A stretch of 64,000 nucleotides of DNA, taken from sequence record KY555144.1. One strand, written 5' to 3'. The translations under genes were made by a program, and so were the position numbers. Position 1 is the first letter of the stretch; each line of letters starts with the position of its first letter. The notes below the pieces were generated by a model, which saw only the letters and a list, made by a program, of their open reading frames with translations, was not told where the DNA came from and did not search any database. This document shows positions 44,038 to 53,056 of this stretch, piece after piece.

Positions 44038-44532
44038 ATGACCCGCAGCACCGCCGACATCATCGCCCGCATCAAGGCCCTGGAGGAAGACCCCACCGAC
44101 TTCTTCGGCTTCCAGGCCAATGATCTGGTCTGCTACCTCCCGTTCGAGGCCGCCAAGCCCTGGCTGAATGAAAACGCCACGCCCGAGGTCTGGACGCCCA
44201 ACGTCAACACCCCCGAGGCGATCAAGCAGGTCATCCTCGACTACATGGAGTTCGCCTGGGACAAGGCCAACAACCGGCGCGGTCTGTCGGCTGGGCGCTC
44301 GCTAGACCACATGAAGGCGTGGCTCTGGATGCTGGACGAGGACGCGGCCTGGGTCGCGGCCTTGAAGCTCTCCGACTACACCCACTACGGCAAGCCGCAG
44401 CTTCGCGCGATCTGCAAGCGCTTCGGCTGGGACTGGACGCAGTGGGACGACGGGCGGTGGTCCAGCCGCGAGTTTGGCGATGATCACGCGCCCGAGGAAG
44501 TCGAGGAAGTTGGGCTCATCGAACCCGTCTGA
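44038..44532 (+). CDS. conserved phage hypothetical protein
   Basis: DFFGF...YM.FAW.KA...RGLSA.RS..H..AWLW...YGKP.L..IC. Confidence 0.82.
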   Translation: MTRSTADIIARIKALEEDPTDFFGFQANDLVCYLPFEAAKPWLNENATPEVWTPNVNTPEAIKQVILDYMEFAWDKANNRRGLSAGRSLDHMKAWLWMLDEDAAWVAALKLSDYTHYGKPQLRAICKRFGWDWTQWDDGRWSSREFGDDHAPEEVEEVGLIEPV

Positions 44533-44540
44533 GTCTTTCC

Positions 44541-44611
44541 TGGCGTGAAAGTGTTGACAGCCTGAAGGGACTCCTCTACACCCACGCTCGACGACAACGA
44601 GAGGAGTTCCC
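44541..44611 (+). promoter_or_regulatory. family promoter cassette
   Basis: TGGCG-N5-GTG-TTGACA-17-TACACC-7-GACGACAAC-GAGAGGAG. Confidence 0.85.
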
Positions 44612-46381
44612 ATGGCCGAGACCATGACCCTGAGTTTCCGGATCGAAGGCGCCGCCCTGGTGGAGCGGGCGCGCGATCGTGTCATCGAAGGTAACTGGGA
44701 GCACGGCCTGCGCATCCTGGTCGAGGGCCTGCACGGCATGTCCTACGAACTCGCGATCGACATCCTGCTCGGCAAGCACACCCTGGGCGGCTGGTCCTCG
44801 GACCCCGAAGGCGTCTATCTCACCGACCAGGACCCGGAGGACGAGACTTTCAAGCGTTACAAGAAAACCCTCGACTACCAGTTCGCCGGCGTCTTCAAGC
44901 TGGAGGATGGCCGGATCATGCGTCCCTACGCCGTGGTCGACAGCTTCTCCAAGATCGACTTCGACTCCAGGGTCCGCTTCCTGCGGCTGGCCCAGGGCTC
45001 GGACCCGGTGTTCTCGCGCCCCAAGCGCTATCACGACACCCGCGCCGAGATCAACGGCGAGGAGATCGACTGGGCCTATCGCGCCCTGCACTACGCCGAC
45101 GAGCCGACCCAGGACATCGTCCGTCTGGTCCGTATGGAGGGCTTCCATCCCACGATCCGAGCGGCGGTCCTGTTCAAGGAAGTCCGCGACTATCCCAAGC
45201 TCCTACTTCCGAAGGTCGAGACCGACGCCCAGAAGGCCGTCGATGTGGCGATCAAGGCCCAGCGCGGCCTCTCCAAGCGCGGGCACGTCTACGAGTACGG
45301 CGCTGGTCAGGACTTCGACAAGGAGCACTACAAGACCACCATGGGGATCGATCAGGTCCCCACCGCCTGGACCGTGCGCAACCCGAAATACGTCGAGCCG
45401 AGCGTCGAGATCGCCCTGGCCGAGGCCAACAAGGTCTCCGCCGTCAAGGCGATCGAAGCCGCTGGCGGTTCGATGGATCATGCCGGCGCCATGAACCGGA
45501 TGGTCAAGGACGAGATGGACGGTGGCATGGACATCAGCACGGCCGTCGCCATGACCCAGGCCAAGATGGCGCTGCTGGGCGGCATGGCCGAGGACCCCGA
45601 GCAGCGCCTGCGGGCGATCAACGACGCCTACGCCGCCAAGTACGAGAAGGCCGAGGGCCGCAGCGTCGAGGAGTACCGCAAGGCCATCATCGCCCAAGCT
45701 GGCGATGACTTCTTCGATCTCGCGTACACGGATGTGGACGGCAAGGAGGTCGTCCTGAAGGTCCCGACCGCGCCGTTCGAGCAATGGGCTCTGTGGCGCA
45801 CCGCCGGCGCCCACCTCGCCAAGCCCTGGAAGCGGGTGACCTACACCGGCTTCAAGACGTTCGGCGATGATCCCTATCACACCGACTGGGTGCTGGGCGC
45901 GGGGCTCAACCCCGAGGACTGGCCGATCATCGAGGCCGACAACCCGCCGCTCCACAAGGCCGCCTGGGAAAAGCGCTTCCGGCTGGCCGAGGAGAAGCTG
46001 GGCGGCAACATGCGCGTCCTGCTCGGCAAGGGTTACGTGACCGGCAAGATCGTGATGCTCAAGCCGGGCGAGGCCCTGTCTCCGGGCGAGATCGGCGTGA
46101 TCCGCAACGCCGGCCCTGACTATGTCCAGGCCGCCCAGAGCGCCATCGAGCACAACTCCGCCTTGATCTGCGAGAACGGCGGCAGCGTCGCCCACCTCGT
46201 GGTCGAGTATCTGGACAAGCCCCTGCGTCTGGCGCGGATCGAGAACGCCCGCAAGATTTTCAAGGACGGCATGACCGTCTACCTCGACTTCGACAAGTCC
46301 ACGCGCGAGATCGGCAAGGGAAGCCTTGGCCCGAGCCCGGCGGACCTTGGACTCGACACGCAATGGGAGATTTTCGAATGA
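44612..46381 (+). CDS. protein with C-terminal PEP-utilising-enzyme phosphohistidine (swivel) domain
   Basis: G.VTGKI...GEI.VI....PDY...A....ALICENGGSVAHL.V........ENA.KIFKDGMTV.LD, matching the GG.T.H swivel-domain pattern; N-terminal ~465 aa unrecognised. Confidence 0.7.
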   Translation: MAETMTLSFRIEGAALVERARDRVIEGNWEHGLRILVEGLHGMSYELAIDILLGKHTLGGWSSDPEGVYLTDQDPEDETFKRYKKTLDYQFAGVFKLEDGRIMRPYAVVDSFSKIDFDSRVRFLRLAQGSDPVFSRPKRYHDTRAEINGEEIDWAYRALHYADEPTQDIVRLVRMEGFHPTIRAAVLFKEVRDYPKLLLPKVETDAQKAVDVAIKAQRGLSKRGHVYEYGAGQDFDKEHYKTTMGIDQVPTAWTVRNPKYVEPSVEIALAEANKVSAVKAIEAAGGSMDHAGAMNRMVKDEMDGGMDISTAVAMTQAKMALLGGMAEDPEQRLRAINDAYAAKYEKAEGRSVEEYRKAIIAQAGDDFFDLAYTDVDGKEVVLKVPTAPFEQWALWRTAGAHLAKPWKRVTYTGFKTFGDDPYHTDWVLGAGLNPEDWPIIEADNPPLHKAAWEKRFRLAEEKLGGNMRVLLGKGYVTGKIVMLKPGEALSPGEIGVIRNAGPDYVQAAQSAIEHNSALICENGGSVAHLVVEYLDKPLRLARIENARKIFKDGMTVYLDFDKSTREIGKGSLGPSPADLGLDTQWEIFE

Positions 46382-46674
46382 GCGAGAAGTGGCAATCGGT
46401 TGAGGAAGCCGCCAATAACCTCTCCGGCTGGAACGTGCGCTCGGCCCAGATGGCGGTCGCCGGCGGGACCCTCTACCGGACGATCGTCTCGCGCGACAGC
46501 CAAGGCGCGGCGCCGGCGGTGACCACGACCTTCGTCCCGGACGCCCCGCCGCAGTTCACCGTCCAGGTCACCGACGAGGACCTCCGCAGTCTCGCCGAGT
46601 GCAAGGACGTCGCCAGGGCGCGCAGTCTGTTCCGGGGCATCCTGAAGGCTCACGGCCTGGAGATCATCGCCTGA
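46378..46674 (+). CDS. hypothetical protein (paralog of 38990-39169)
   Basis: W..V...AQMAVAGGTLYR...TFVP. Confidence 0.78.
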   Translation: MSEKWQSVEEAANNLSGWNVRSAQMAVAGGTLYRTIVSRDSQGAAPAVTTTFVPDAPPQFTVQVTDEDLRSLAECKDVARARSLFRGILKAHGLEIIA

Positions 46675-46868
46675 TGCCGCTGTTCGAGCTTTCCGTCACC
46701 GCGATCCATCGCGACACCGTCACGGTGGAGGCCGACAGCGAGGCGCAGGCACGCGCCCGCATCCTTGAGGGAGGCTATTCCGACGGGGGCGACGTCAAGT
46801 CGGTCGTCCACGACATCGAGCCCGAGATCGAGATCGTCGATGTCACCCTGATCGAAGAGGAGGACTGA
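46674..46868 (+). CDS. small DpnD/PcfM-like protein
   Basis: FELSV.....TVTVEADSEAQAR.RI. Confidence 0.75.
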   Translation: MPLFELSVTAIHRDTVTVEADSEAQARARILEGGYSDGGDVKSVVHDIEPEIEIVDVTLIEEED

Positions 46869-46871
46869 CCT

Positions 46872-47030
46872 TTGGCAACAGACGACGCCCAGGCTAAGCG
46901 TGCCGCCGAGATTATGGATGCCCGCTACGGTGAGGCATGGCGACATCGGCCCATGCTGAGAAGCCCCGAATGGGCGCAGGCTTGGGAAGAAGCCGGCCGT
47001 GCGCCTCCAGAAGACCTGAAGGAAGACTGA
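46872..47030 (+). CDS. small hypothetical protein (52 aa, not in ORF track)
   Basis: TTG after GGAGGA; MATDDAQAKRAAEIMDARYGEAWRHRPMLRSPEWAQAWEEAGRAPPEDLKED fills the gap exactly. Confidence 0.62.
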   Translation: MATDDAQAKRAAEIMDARYGEAWRHRPMLRSPEWAQAWEEAGRAPPEDLKED

Positions 47031-47031
47031 C

Positions 47032-47538
47032 ATGGCCGACTTCAGCCGCGCCCGCCGGTCCATGGAGACCGCCGACCTGATCGAGCGCCTCAAGGCTCTC
47101 CATGACCTGGAGGACGCGCGCGACATCCCGGACGAGGAGACCAAGGCCGCCTTGAAGGAGGCGGTGGTCCAGTTGGGTATGCTGACCGAGCAGGTCGAAC
47201 TCAGCGAGACCCTCCAGAAGTCCTATCTGAACCTCGTCAACTTCTACAAGACCGACGCCCTGGCCTCCTCCCAGGAACCTGATTTCAAGCGCGCCGCCAA
47301 AGAGCTTCACCTGATCGAGACCTACCCGCCCAGGCTGCGGCTCGCGGTCGCCGGCTTCCGCAAGGCCATGGACGAGCAAGGCTTCCTGACCGGCGAGGCC
47401 GGAAGGGCGATCAGCCGGCTGATCAGCAAGCATCTCGACCACGATCTGGCGGGCCTGCTGGGGTCCGAAATCAATTATTACACGCGTAAGGCCATCGCCG
47501 CCTTGCGGGGGCTGGCCCCCGAGGAGCCCAAAGCATGA
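47032..47538 (+). CDS. hypothetical helical protein
   Basis: 168-aa ORF. Confidence 0.8.
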   Translation: MADFSRARRSMETADLIERLKALHDLEDARDIPDEETKAALKEAVVQLGMLTEQVELSETLQKSYLNLVNFYKTDALASSQEPDFKRAAKELHLIETYPPRLRLAVAGFRKAMDEQGFLTGEAGRAISRLISKHLDHDLAGLLGSEINYYTRKAIAALRGLAPEEPKA

Positions 47539-48107
47539 TCGATCCGAAAGCCAAACTCGCTGACCAAGTCGCCGGCCTCGGCCGTGACGGCGCTCGCCTC
47601 TGCGCCGAGGTGCAGGAACGCTGTACCAACAACATCGCCGACGCCGTGCTGGAATTCGTTGCCGACGCCGAGACGATCATCGAGCGCCAGCAAAAGCGCG
47701 TCGATGAACTCCAGGTCTCGACGGCGCGGCGGATGCACGTCGAGCGGGCCTATCTGCGGGTGATCCAGGAGTTCATCGCCGCCAAGCGCCTGCCGAGCCT
47801 GACGGCGTTCCATGATGCGGTCGGCATGCTCCAGGCCCAGACCGAGCAGATGAACGGCGACATCGAGCGGCTCGCGACCTATCTGCGCGGACTGGACCGG
47901 CGCGCCATGGACCCTAAGCTGAAGGACCTCGTGGAGCACCTGGACTTCTACATCTTCCACGAGTTGATGCGAAAGATACACTACATCGAGCATTTCGTCC
48001 TGCGAGACGCCCGCCTCGCCCTGGTCAGCCTGACCGAGGCCGACTTCGGGCGGATGGGGCTGGGCGAGCGGCCCGAGCCCCCGGTCAGCCAGGACATGCC
48101 GTCGTGA
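47535..48107 (+). CDS. hypothetical coiled-coil protein
   Basis: Coupled 190-aa ORF. Confidence 0.8.
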   Translation: MIDPKAKLADQVAGLGRDGARLCAEVQERCTNNIADAVLEFVADAETIIERQQKRVDELQVSTARRMHVERAYLRVIQEFIAAKRLPSLTAFHDAVGMLQAQTEQMNGDIERLATYLRGLDRRAMDPKLKDLVEHLDFYIFHELMRKIHYIEHFVLRDARLALVSLTEADFGRMGLGERPEPPVSQDMPS

Positions 48108-48337
48108 TCGAGCATGTCTATCGTCGCGATCCGCGCGGGCGCGATTACGGGCTCCAATGCCTGGACCTCGACGAGGCGCTGAAGATCGTCGCGGCCGAGA
48201 AGCAGGACTTCCTTCTGCGCTTGGTCGCGGTCCTGCACGAGAACAACCTTCTGCGCGACGCCGACGTCATGGAACTGCTCGGCAGGGGCTGGGCGCTTGA
48301 ACCCTATGATCTCCACTACAGCGACGCCGACGATTAG
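48104..48337 (+). CDS. hypothetical protein
   Basis: Coupled 77-aa ORF. Confidence 0.72.
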   Translation: MIEHVYRRDPRGRDYGLQCLDLDEALKIVAAEKQDFLLRLVAVLHENNLLRDADVMELLGRGWALEPYDLHYSDADD

Positions 48338-48338
48338 G

Positions 48339-48397
48339 CGTTGACAACACTCTCGCGCCAACATAGAAGGGTCCTCGACGACAACGAGGAGGCTTCG
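48339..48397 (+). promoter_or_regulatory. family promoter cassette (near-identical subfamily)
   Basis: TTGACAACACTCTCGCGCCAACATAGAAGGGTCCTC-GACGACAAC-GAGGAGGCTTCG-ATG. Confidence 0.9.
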
Positions 48398-48781
48398 ATG
48401 AAGCTCGCGACCCAAGACCGCACCGACCCGCGCCTGAACGCGCGCTACCGTCTCGCCAAGGCGGTGTTCTACTATGGCGGCCCGCACGAGTACCCGATCC
48501 ACCTGAACGACTGGTGGAACGAGGTGACGCCGGCCGACGTCGAGGACCGCATCTCCGAACTCTGCCGCGAACTGTCCAAGCTGTCGGGCCAGACCCTGGC
48601 GCCGGCGACCTTCTACGAACGGATGAAGCTGGGCTTCGTCGACCTCCCGGAAGTGAAGGACGAGGACTTCGCCGCCCTGTCGGAGACGACCCGCAACAAC
48701 CTGCTCGCCATGCAGGACCGCTTCTCGGTCCACGGGAGCGGCTTCATGCTCTACTGGAACATCGTCAAAGAGGAGGCCTGA
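48398..48781 (+). CDS. hypothetical protein
   Basis: First gene after a cassette. Confidence 0.82.
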   Translation: MKLATQDRTDPRLNARYRLAKAVFYYGGPHEYPIHLNDWWNEVTPADVEDRISELCRELSKLSGQTLAPATFYERMKLGFVDLPEVKDEDFAALSETTRNNLLAMQDRFSVHGSGFMLYWNIVKEEA

Positions 48782-48784
48782 GCC

Positions 48785-49144
48785 TTGGACCACAACGACC
48801 CCGCCAAGCCCCTGTGCAAGATCGCCGTCCTGGCCGGCCCCCTGTGGGAGGTCGACACCGACAACTGCGAGACCCTGCTGGTCCCGGTCAAGGATGTTCC
48901 GCACCCCTGCGCCGAGAACTTCCAAGACGAGATCGACATGGCTCTCAACATGAGCGGCGAGGCCATGGACTGGCGCCGCGTCGAGGGCTTCGCCGCCGTC
49001 CTGCGCGACCCGCGCGGCTCGGACATGTCGCCCGTCGAGGGTCCGTTCGCCAGCGCCCAGGAGGCCTTCGACTACGTCAAGGACCAGTGGAGCGACCGCA
49101 TCCCCGGATCGATGGGGCTGGCGCCCTACGAGGCCCCGCAGTGA
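48785..49144 (+). CDS. hypothetical protein
   Basis: TTG start with SD GAGGAGG. Confidence 0.78.
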   Translation: MDHNDPAKPLCKIAVLAGPLWEVDTDNCETLLVPVKDVPHPCAENFQDEIDMALNMSGEAMDWRRVEGFAAVLRDPRGSDMSPVEGPFASAQEAFDYVKDQWSDRIPGSMGLAPYEAPQ

Positions 49145-49410
49145 TCAAGATCACGCGCCGCATGACCTGGGCTGACGCCGGCCGCTGCTCGAAGACCGAC
49201 TGGACCGCGTGGCTCATCCCCGCCGGCCCGCTGATCGCGGCGCTGCCGTTCGCCGCTCTGACCGGCGCGTGCCTGTCGATCAAGGACCCGACGCACACCA
49301 ATCTGGCCATCGCCTTGCTGCCCGGCGCGGCGATGCTCTTCAACGGCTGGATGGCGACGTTCGCCTTCGACCAGTTCCTGCGCGGGCGGGCCGGCGAGGA
49401 GGTGCGCTGA
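49141..49410 (+). CDS. small membrane protein
   Basis: GTG overlapping the upstream TGA; two hydrophobic segments. Confidence 0.72.
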   Translation: MIKITRRMTWADAGRCSKTDWTAWLIPAGPLIAALPFAALTGACLSIKDPTHTNLAIALLPGAAMLFNGWMATFAFDQFLRGRAGEEVR

Positions 49411-49411
49411 C

Positions 49412-49840
49412 ATGAAGCTCTTCATCATCATCCTGGCGGCGATCCTGTGGCTGGGCGACACCGCCCGCGCCCAGTCCCTGCCGTTCCGCCTGACCCAGCC
49501 GCTGAACTACGGCAGTGATCTCCACTACACCGAGACGCGCGACGCGTCCGCCTCGCGCGAGCCGCTCAAGCGGGTGATCGTCGACCTGTCGCGCTCGTCC
49601 ACGGTGGTCATCGAGCGGGCCTGGACCTATGCCGAACTCGCCGGCGCCCAGACGACCTGCGGCGAGATCGTCCTCAACGGCCGCCGGCAGAGGTTCGTCC
49701 TCCAGGAAGGCCCCAAGACCGCCGTGATCGGCCCGGCGGTGCCCGCCTACTTCTGGTCGCTCGACGTGCCGGACTACCAGTTCCGCAACGCCGGGTGCCT
49801 GCGCGACCGCGCCGCCCTGATCATCCCGCCGAGGTTCTGA
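49412..49840 (+). CDS. putative Sec-exported protein
   Basis: MKLFIIILAAILWLGDTARA/QS signal peptide with AxA site. Confidence 0.75.
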   Translation: MKLFIIILAAILWLGDTARAQSLPFRLTQPLNYGSDLHYTETRDASASREPLKRVIVDLSRSSTVVIERAWTYAELAGAQTTCGEIVLNGRRQRFVLQEGPKTAVIGPAVPAYFWSLDVPDYQFRNAGCLRDRAALIIPPRF

Positions 49841-49843
49841 TCC

Positions 49844-49911
49844 TGGCGTTCTTGTGTTGACAAGGCCGGCGGCGCTGGCCTAGAACGTCGTGGACGACAA
49901 CAGGAGGGACC
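49844..49911 (+). promoter_or_regulatory. family promoter cassette
   Basis: TGGCG-N5-GTG-TTGACA-18-TAGAAC-6-GACGACAAC-AGGGAGG. Confidence 0.87.
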
Positions 49912-50268
49912 ATGCCGCTCTACGACTTTCCGACCGGACCGACCACGATGGAGGACATCGAGGCGTTCGTCGCCGGCGCCCAGGCGGTGGTGACCGCCCA
50001 ACTGGCCAAGGCCTTTCCCGGCGTGTCCGCGCCGGTCCTGGAGATCGCGCCGGTTCACCCGAGCAGCCAGTTCGCCAAGATCGTCGCGGTCGACGCCAGT
50101 CAGCGCTCGGCCTGGGCGTTCGTCCGGCTGGAGAACGGTCTGATCTACAAGCCCTCGTCGTGGAAGGTGCCGGCCAAGCATGCGCGCGGCACGATCCACA
50201 CCGCCGCGCACGGCGCCGAGTACGTCGACTGGACCGGCCCGCGCTACGTCAAGGACCTGCGTCGATGA
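49912..50268 (+). CDS. conserved phage hypothetical protein
   Basis: S..AFV...G.IYKP.SWK.PAKHARG.I motif. Confidence 0.85.
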   Translation: MPLYDFPTGPTTMEDIEAFVAGAQAVVTAQLAKAFPGVSAPVLEIAPVHPSSQFAKIVAVDASQRSAWAFVRLENGLIYKPSSWKVPAKHARGTIHTAAHGAEYVDWTGPRYVKDLRR

Positions 50269-50531
50269 GGAACTTCTCCGTTCTCCTGTCGCTTCATGAC
50301 GAGCGACGCCTCTACGTGGTCGAGGCGTCGGACCCTGGCAAGGCGGTGGCCTTCGCCAAGCGCGTGGCGGCGGCGCATGACACCGTCGGCTCTGACTGGG
50401 AGATGGAAGTCGTCTTCCACGGCGCTTCCTACCTCGCCATGAAGGGCGCTTCCGTCAAGGTCATCGACCTGCGGCCCAGCGCGCAGGAACAGGAGCCGGT
50501 GCCGCACGCTCAGCGTGGGGGTGGCTGCTGA
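50265..50531 (+). CDS. small protein, DpnD/PcfM-like pattern
   Basis: FSVLL.....YVVEASDPGKAVAFA. Confidence 0.72.
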   Translation: MRNFSVLLSLHDERRLYVVEASDPGKAVAFAKRVAAAHDTVGSDWEMEVVFHGASYLAMKGASVKVIDLRPSAQEQEPVPHAQRGGGC

Positions 50532-50944
50532 TGCGCGTCGAGGACGGAAAGGCCATCGTCGATGACGTCTGGGCGGTGGTCAAGGGCCACCTGCCCGGCG
50601 CCATCCATTTCGTGCGCCTCAACTGGGTCGGCCGGCTGCTGCACGGCGGCGACATGCTCCATTACTGGGGCATCCAACAGCCGACCCAGATTCCCGGCGT
50701 CGCCTATGTCTGGGACGACGAGACCAACGATGGCCCGCTCGGCGGCTGGATGGGTCCGGAGACCAAGATCATCGCCCGCTTCGCCGACCAGCGCCAGGGC
50801 CTGGACGTCCTGCGCGCGGCGATGGAGACCAAGGCGCGCTTCGACGCCCTGGTCCGCCAGGGCGAGGACCTGCTGCTCGCCCTCAAGGTCCAGCGTGATC
50901 AAGCCCTGTTCGCGGCCCTGACCCAGGGGGTTTCCGAGGCATGA
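50531..50944 (+). CDS. hypothetical protein
   Basis: Coupled 137-aa ORF. Confidence 0.78.
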   Translation: MRVEDGKAIVDDVWAVVKGHLPGAIHFVRLNWVGRLLHGGDMLHYWGIQQPTQIPGVAYVWDDETNDGPLGGWMGPETKIIARFADQRQGLDVLRAAMETKARFDALVRQGEDLLLALKVQRDQALFAALTQGVSEA

Positions 50945-51351
50945 GCTTTGCGATCCGCTACTTCCCCGGCCCGCGCCTGGGCTATGGCAAGGTCGTTTCC
51001 CGGCACGGGATGCACGTCCTCTTTCAGGCCTATGCCGGGAATGAACCCCAGCCGGGGACTCTGCCCGAGGTCGTTCACTGGGACGACATCATCGAAGGTC
51101 GCTTTGCCTCGCCCGCCAAGGTCATCCTGGCGATCGACGAATCCATGCGCTGGTTCAAGGCCCTGGAAGCCGAGCGCGGCGCCGAGCAGTCCGCCGAGGT
51201 CCTCATGACGCATCTGCGGCGCTATGAGCGCGACGACTGCGAGGTCTGCCATGGCGCGCGCGGCGGCGTGCGAGGCAATGAGAACATCGTCGATGGCAAG
51301 GTGGTCTGTGACTACTGCACGATCGACATTCTCGACGCGAGGAAAAGCTGA
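50941..51351 (+). CDS. hypothetical protein with C-terminal Zn finger
   Basis: CEVCHGARGGVRGNEN..DGKVVCDYC. Confidence 0.8.
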   Translation: MSFAIRYFPGPRLGYGKVVSRHGMHVLFQAYAGNEPQPGTLPEVVHWDDIIEGRFASPAKVILAIDESMRWFKALEAERGAEQSAEVLMTHLRRYERDDCEVCHGARGGVRGNENIVDGKVVCDYCTIDILDARKS

Positions 51352-51560
51352 TGGGGGCCTACGCCTACTGCCCCCACTGCGGCGCGCCTCAAGATCGCCC
51401 GACGGCCCGCGAGGTCGTGGAGCGTGAGAGCCGCTGCTACGCCTGCGGCAAGGACGTCCCGGTCTATGACGACTTGGCCGACGTCCTGGAGCGGATGGAG
51501 AGCCGGATCGACGATCTGGAAGCCGAGGTCAAAGCCCTGAAGGAAGGCGGAACCGAATGA
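51351..51560 (+). CDS. small Zn-ribbon protein
   Basis: CPHCG...CYACG plus coiled coil. Confidence 0.75.
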   Translation: MGAYAYCPHCGAPQDRPTAREVVERESRCYACGKDVPVYDDLADVLERMESRIDDLEAEVKALKEGGTE

Positions 51561-51955
51561 CCGCGACTCGCCAGGAAATCAAGGACGTCCTCGACCGCGT
51601 GGCGAACCTGCGCGAGCCCGACCGTGAAGTCGAGCTTGCTGTCTGGAACATCGTCAGCACCCAGGGGCGCTGGGCGTGGCACACCCACCACGAGACGATC
51701 CACCAGATCGCCAGCGATGGGCGGTACGGCTATGGCATCTGCTCGCTGGAGCGCCTGACCTCGTCGATCAACGACGTGCTGTCGTTCGCCCACTACGCCG
51801 ATCTCCATTCTCTCGAACTCCTGGAGAAGGGGCTGGCGCGGGTCAAGTTGCTTCCGCGCCACCTCTACGACCAGGACTATGACGTCCAATTCTTCCTCTG
51901 CCGCGACATGCTCAGGGTGATCCTGGAGCATTGTCTTGAGAAAGCCCGCACATGA
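51557..51955 (+). CDS. hypothetical protein
   Basis: EPDREVE.AV...LTSSI.D pattern. Confidence 0.78.
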   Translation: MTATRQEIKDVLDRVANLREPDREVELAVWNIVSTQGRWAWHTHHETIHQIASDGRYGYGICSLERLTSSINDVLSFAHYADLHSLELLEKGLARVKLLPRHLYDQDYDVQFFLCRDMLRVILEHCLEKART

Positions 51956-52341
51956 GCTTCGTCTATCTTGCGATCCCCTATACCTCCCAACTGGAGGACG
52001 AGGCCGAAGCCAGGGCCGAGCGCGACGCCCGGATGGTCGAATTCTGGAAGGCCGCCGCCTTCCTGATCGAACGGGGCGATCACGTCGTCTCGCCCATGAC
52101 CCTGGAGCCGGCCCTGGTCGCCGTGCCCGACATGCCCTACCGCTGGGAGCACTGGAAGGAATACTCGATCAAGATGATCGGGATTTCGTCGAAGCTGGTG
52201 GTTCTGCAATTGCCCGGCTGGTCGACCAGCCGGGGTGTCATCGGCGAGATGCACGCGGCGGGACAAGCCGGCATCGAGATCGAGTTCCTGACCCTTCAGA
52301 CGGTCGCGACGTGGTTGAGCACCAGGGAGATTGAAGCGTGA
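51952..52341 (+). CDS. DUF1937 / nucleoside 2-deoxyribosyltransferase-like protein
   Basis: VYLAIPYT...SP.....W.......L.VL.LPGW..SRGV..E...A. Confidence 0.78.
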   Translation: MSFVYLAIPYTSQLEDEAEARAERDARMVEFWKAAAFLIERGDHVVSPMTLEPALVAVPDMPYRWEHWKEYSIKMIGISSKLVVLQLPGWSTSRGVIGEMHAAGQAGIEIEFLTLQTVATWLSTREIEA

Positions 52342-52793
52342 TCCAGTTCCTCAAGGACATCACGGGCGTCACCGCGCGCGCCGAAGCCCTGGAGCGCGCA
52401 AAAGCCAAGGCCCTGCATGCCAATCAGTTGGCTCAGGCGCGCAAGGTCGGGGAATTTCAGGTGGTGCAGGAAGACCGCAAACTCTTCCACTATCAACTGT
52501 TTCTCACCCCCTCCACGCTCGACGGGTCTTGGTTTTACCTGGGGAGCTACGGCCACATCTGTAGCCGGGTCAACGCCCACTACTTCTCGTCTCTGGAAGA
52601 GGCCAAGGTGGCGGGTGCGGCGGCGGGCGCTCAATGCCGCGAGCGCATCGCCGGCGAGATGGAGCGCCAGCAGCAGTTCCGCAATATCTACGCCCCGCCG
52701 GAGTTCCTGGCCAAATCCGTCAACGCCTTCAAGTCGAGTGAGGACCTGCTGATCGAGGTCGCGCGGACGGTGTCCCAGAGGTACCAGCGATGA
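52338..52793 (+). CDS. hypothetical protein
   Basis: Coupled 151-aa ORF with more A/T-ending codons than its neighbours. Confidence 0.72.
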   Translation: MIQFLKDITGVTARAEALERAKAKALHANQLAQARKVGEFQVVQEDRKLFHYQLFLTPSTLDGSWFYLGSYGHICSRVNAHYFSSLEEAKVAGAAAGAQCRERIAGEMERQQQFRNIYAPPEFLAKSVNAFKSSEDLLIEVARTVSQRYQR

Positions 52794-53056
52794 GCGCGGT
52801 CGCTCTGAAGTTCGACACGCTCGCCGACGCCGAGATGGCGGTCGCCCAGGCGCTCTACGAGCACTGGGTGCGGAGCGAGCGCGCGCGTCATGTCACCTGG
52901 AACCTCCCCGGCTGGGTCGAGCCGCCCGCCTGGGCGGACATGAACTGGACCGAGCGCACCCACTGGCTGGTCGAGGCCGGCCTCGTCGTCGACTGCCTGC
53001 TCGAATTCGTCAAGAACAACCCCGGCGCCTATGGAGAGAGCCATGAACCGTCGTGA
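52790..53056 (+). CDS. hypothetical Trp-rich protein
   Basis: Coupled 88-aa ORF. Confidence 0.75.
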   Translation: MSAVALKFDTLADAEMAVAQALYEHWVRSERARHVTWNLPGWVEPPAWADMNWTERTHWLVEAGLVVDCLLEFVKNNPGAYGESHEPS

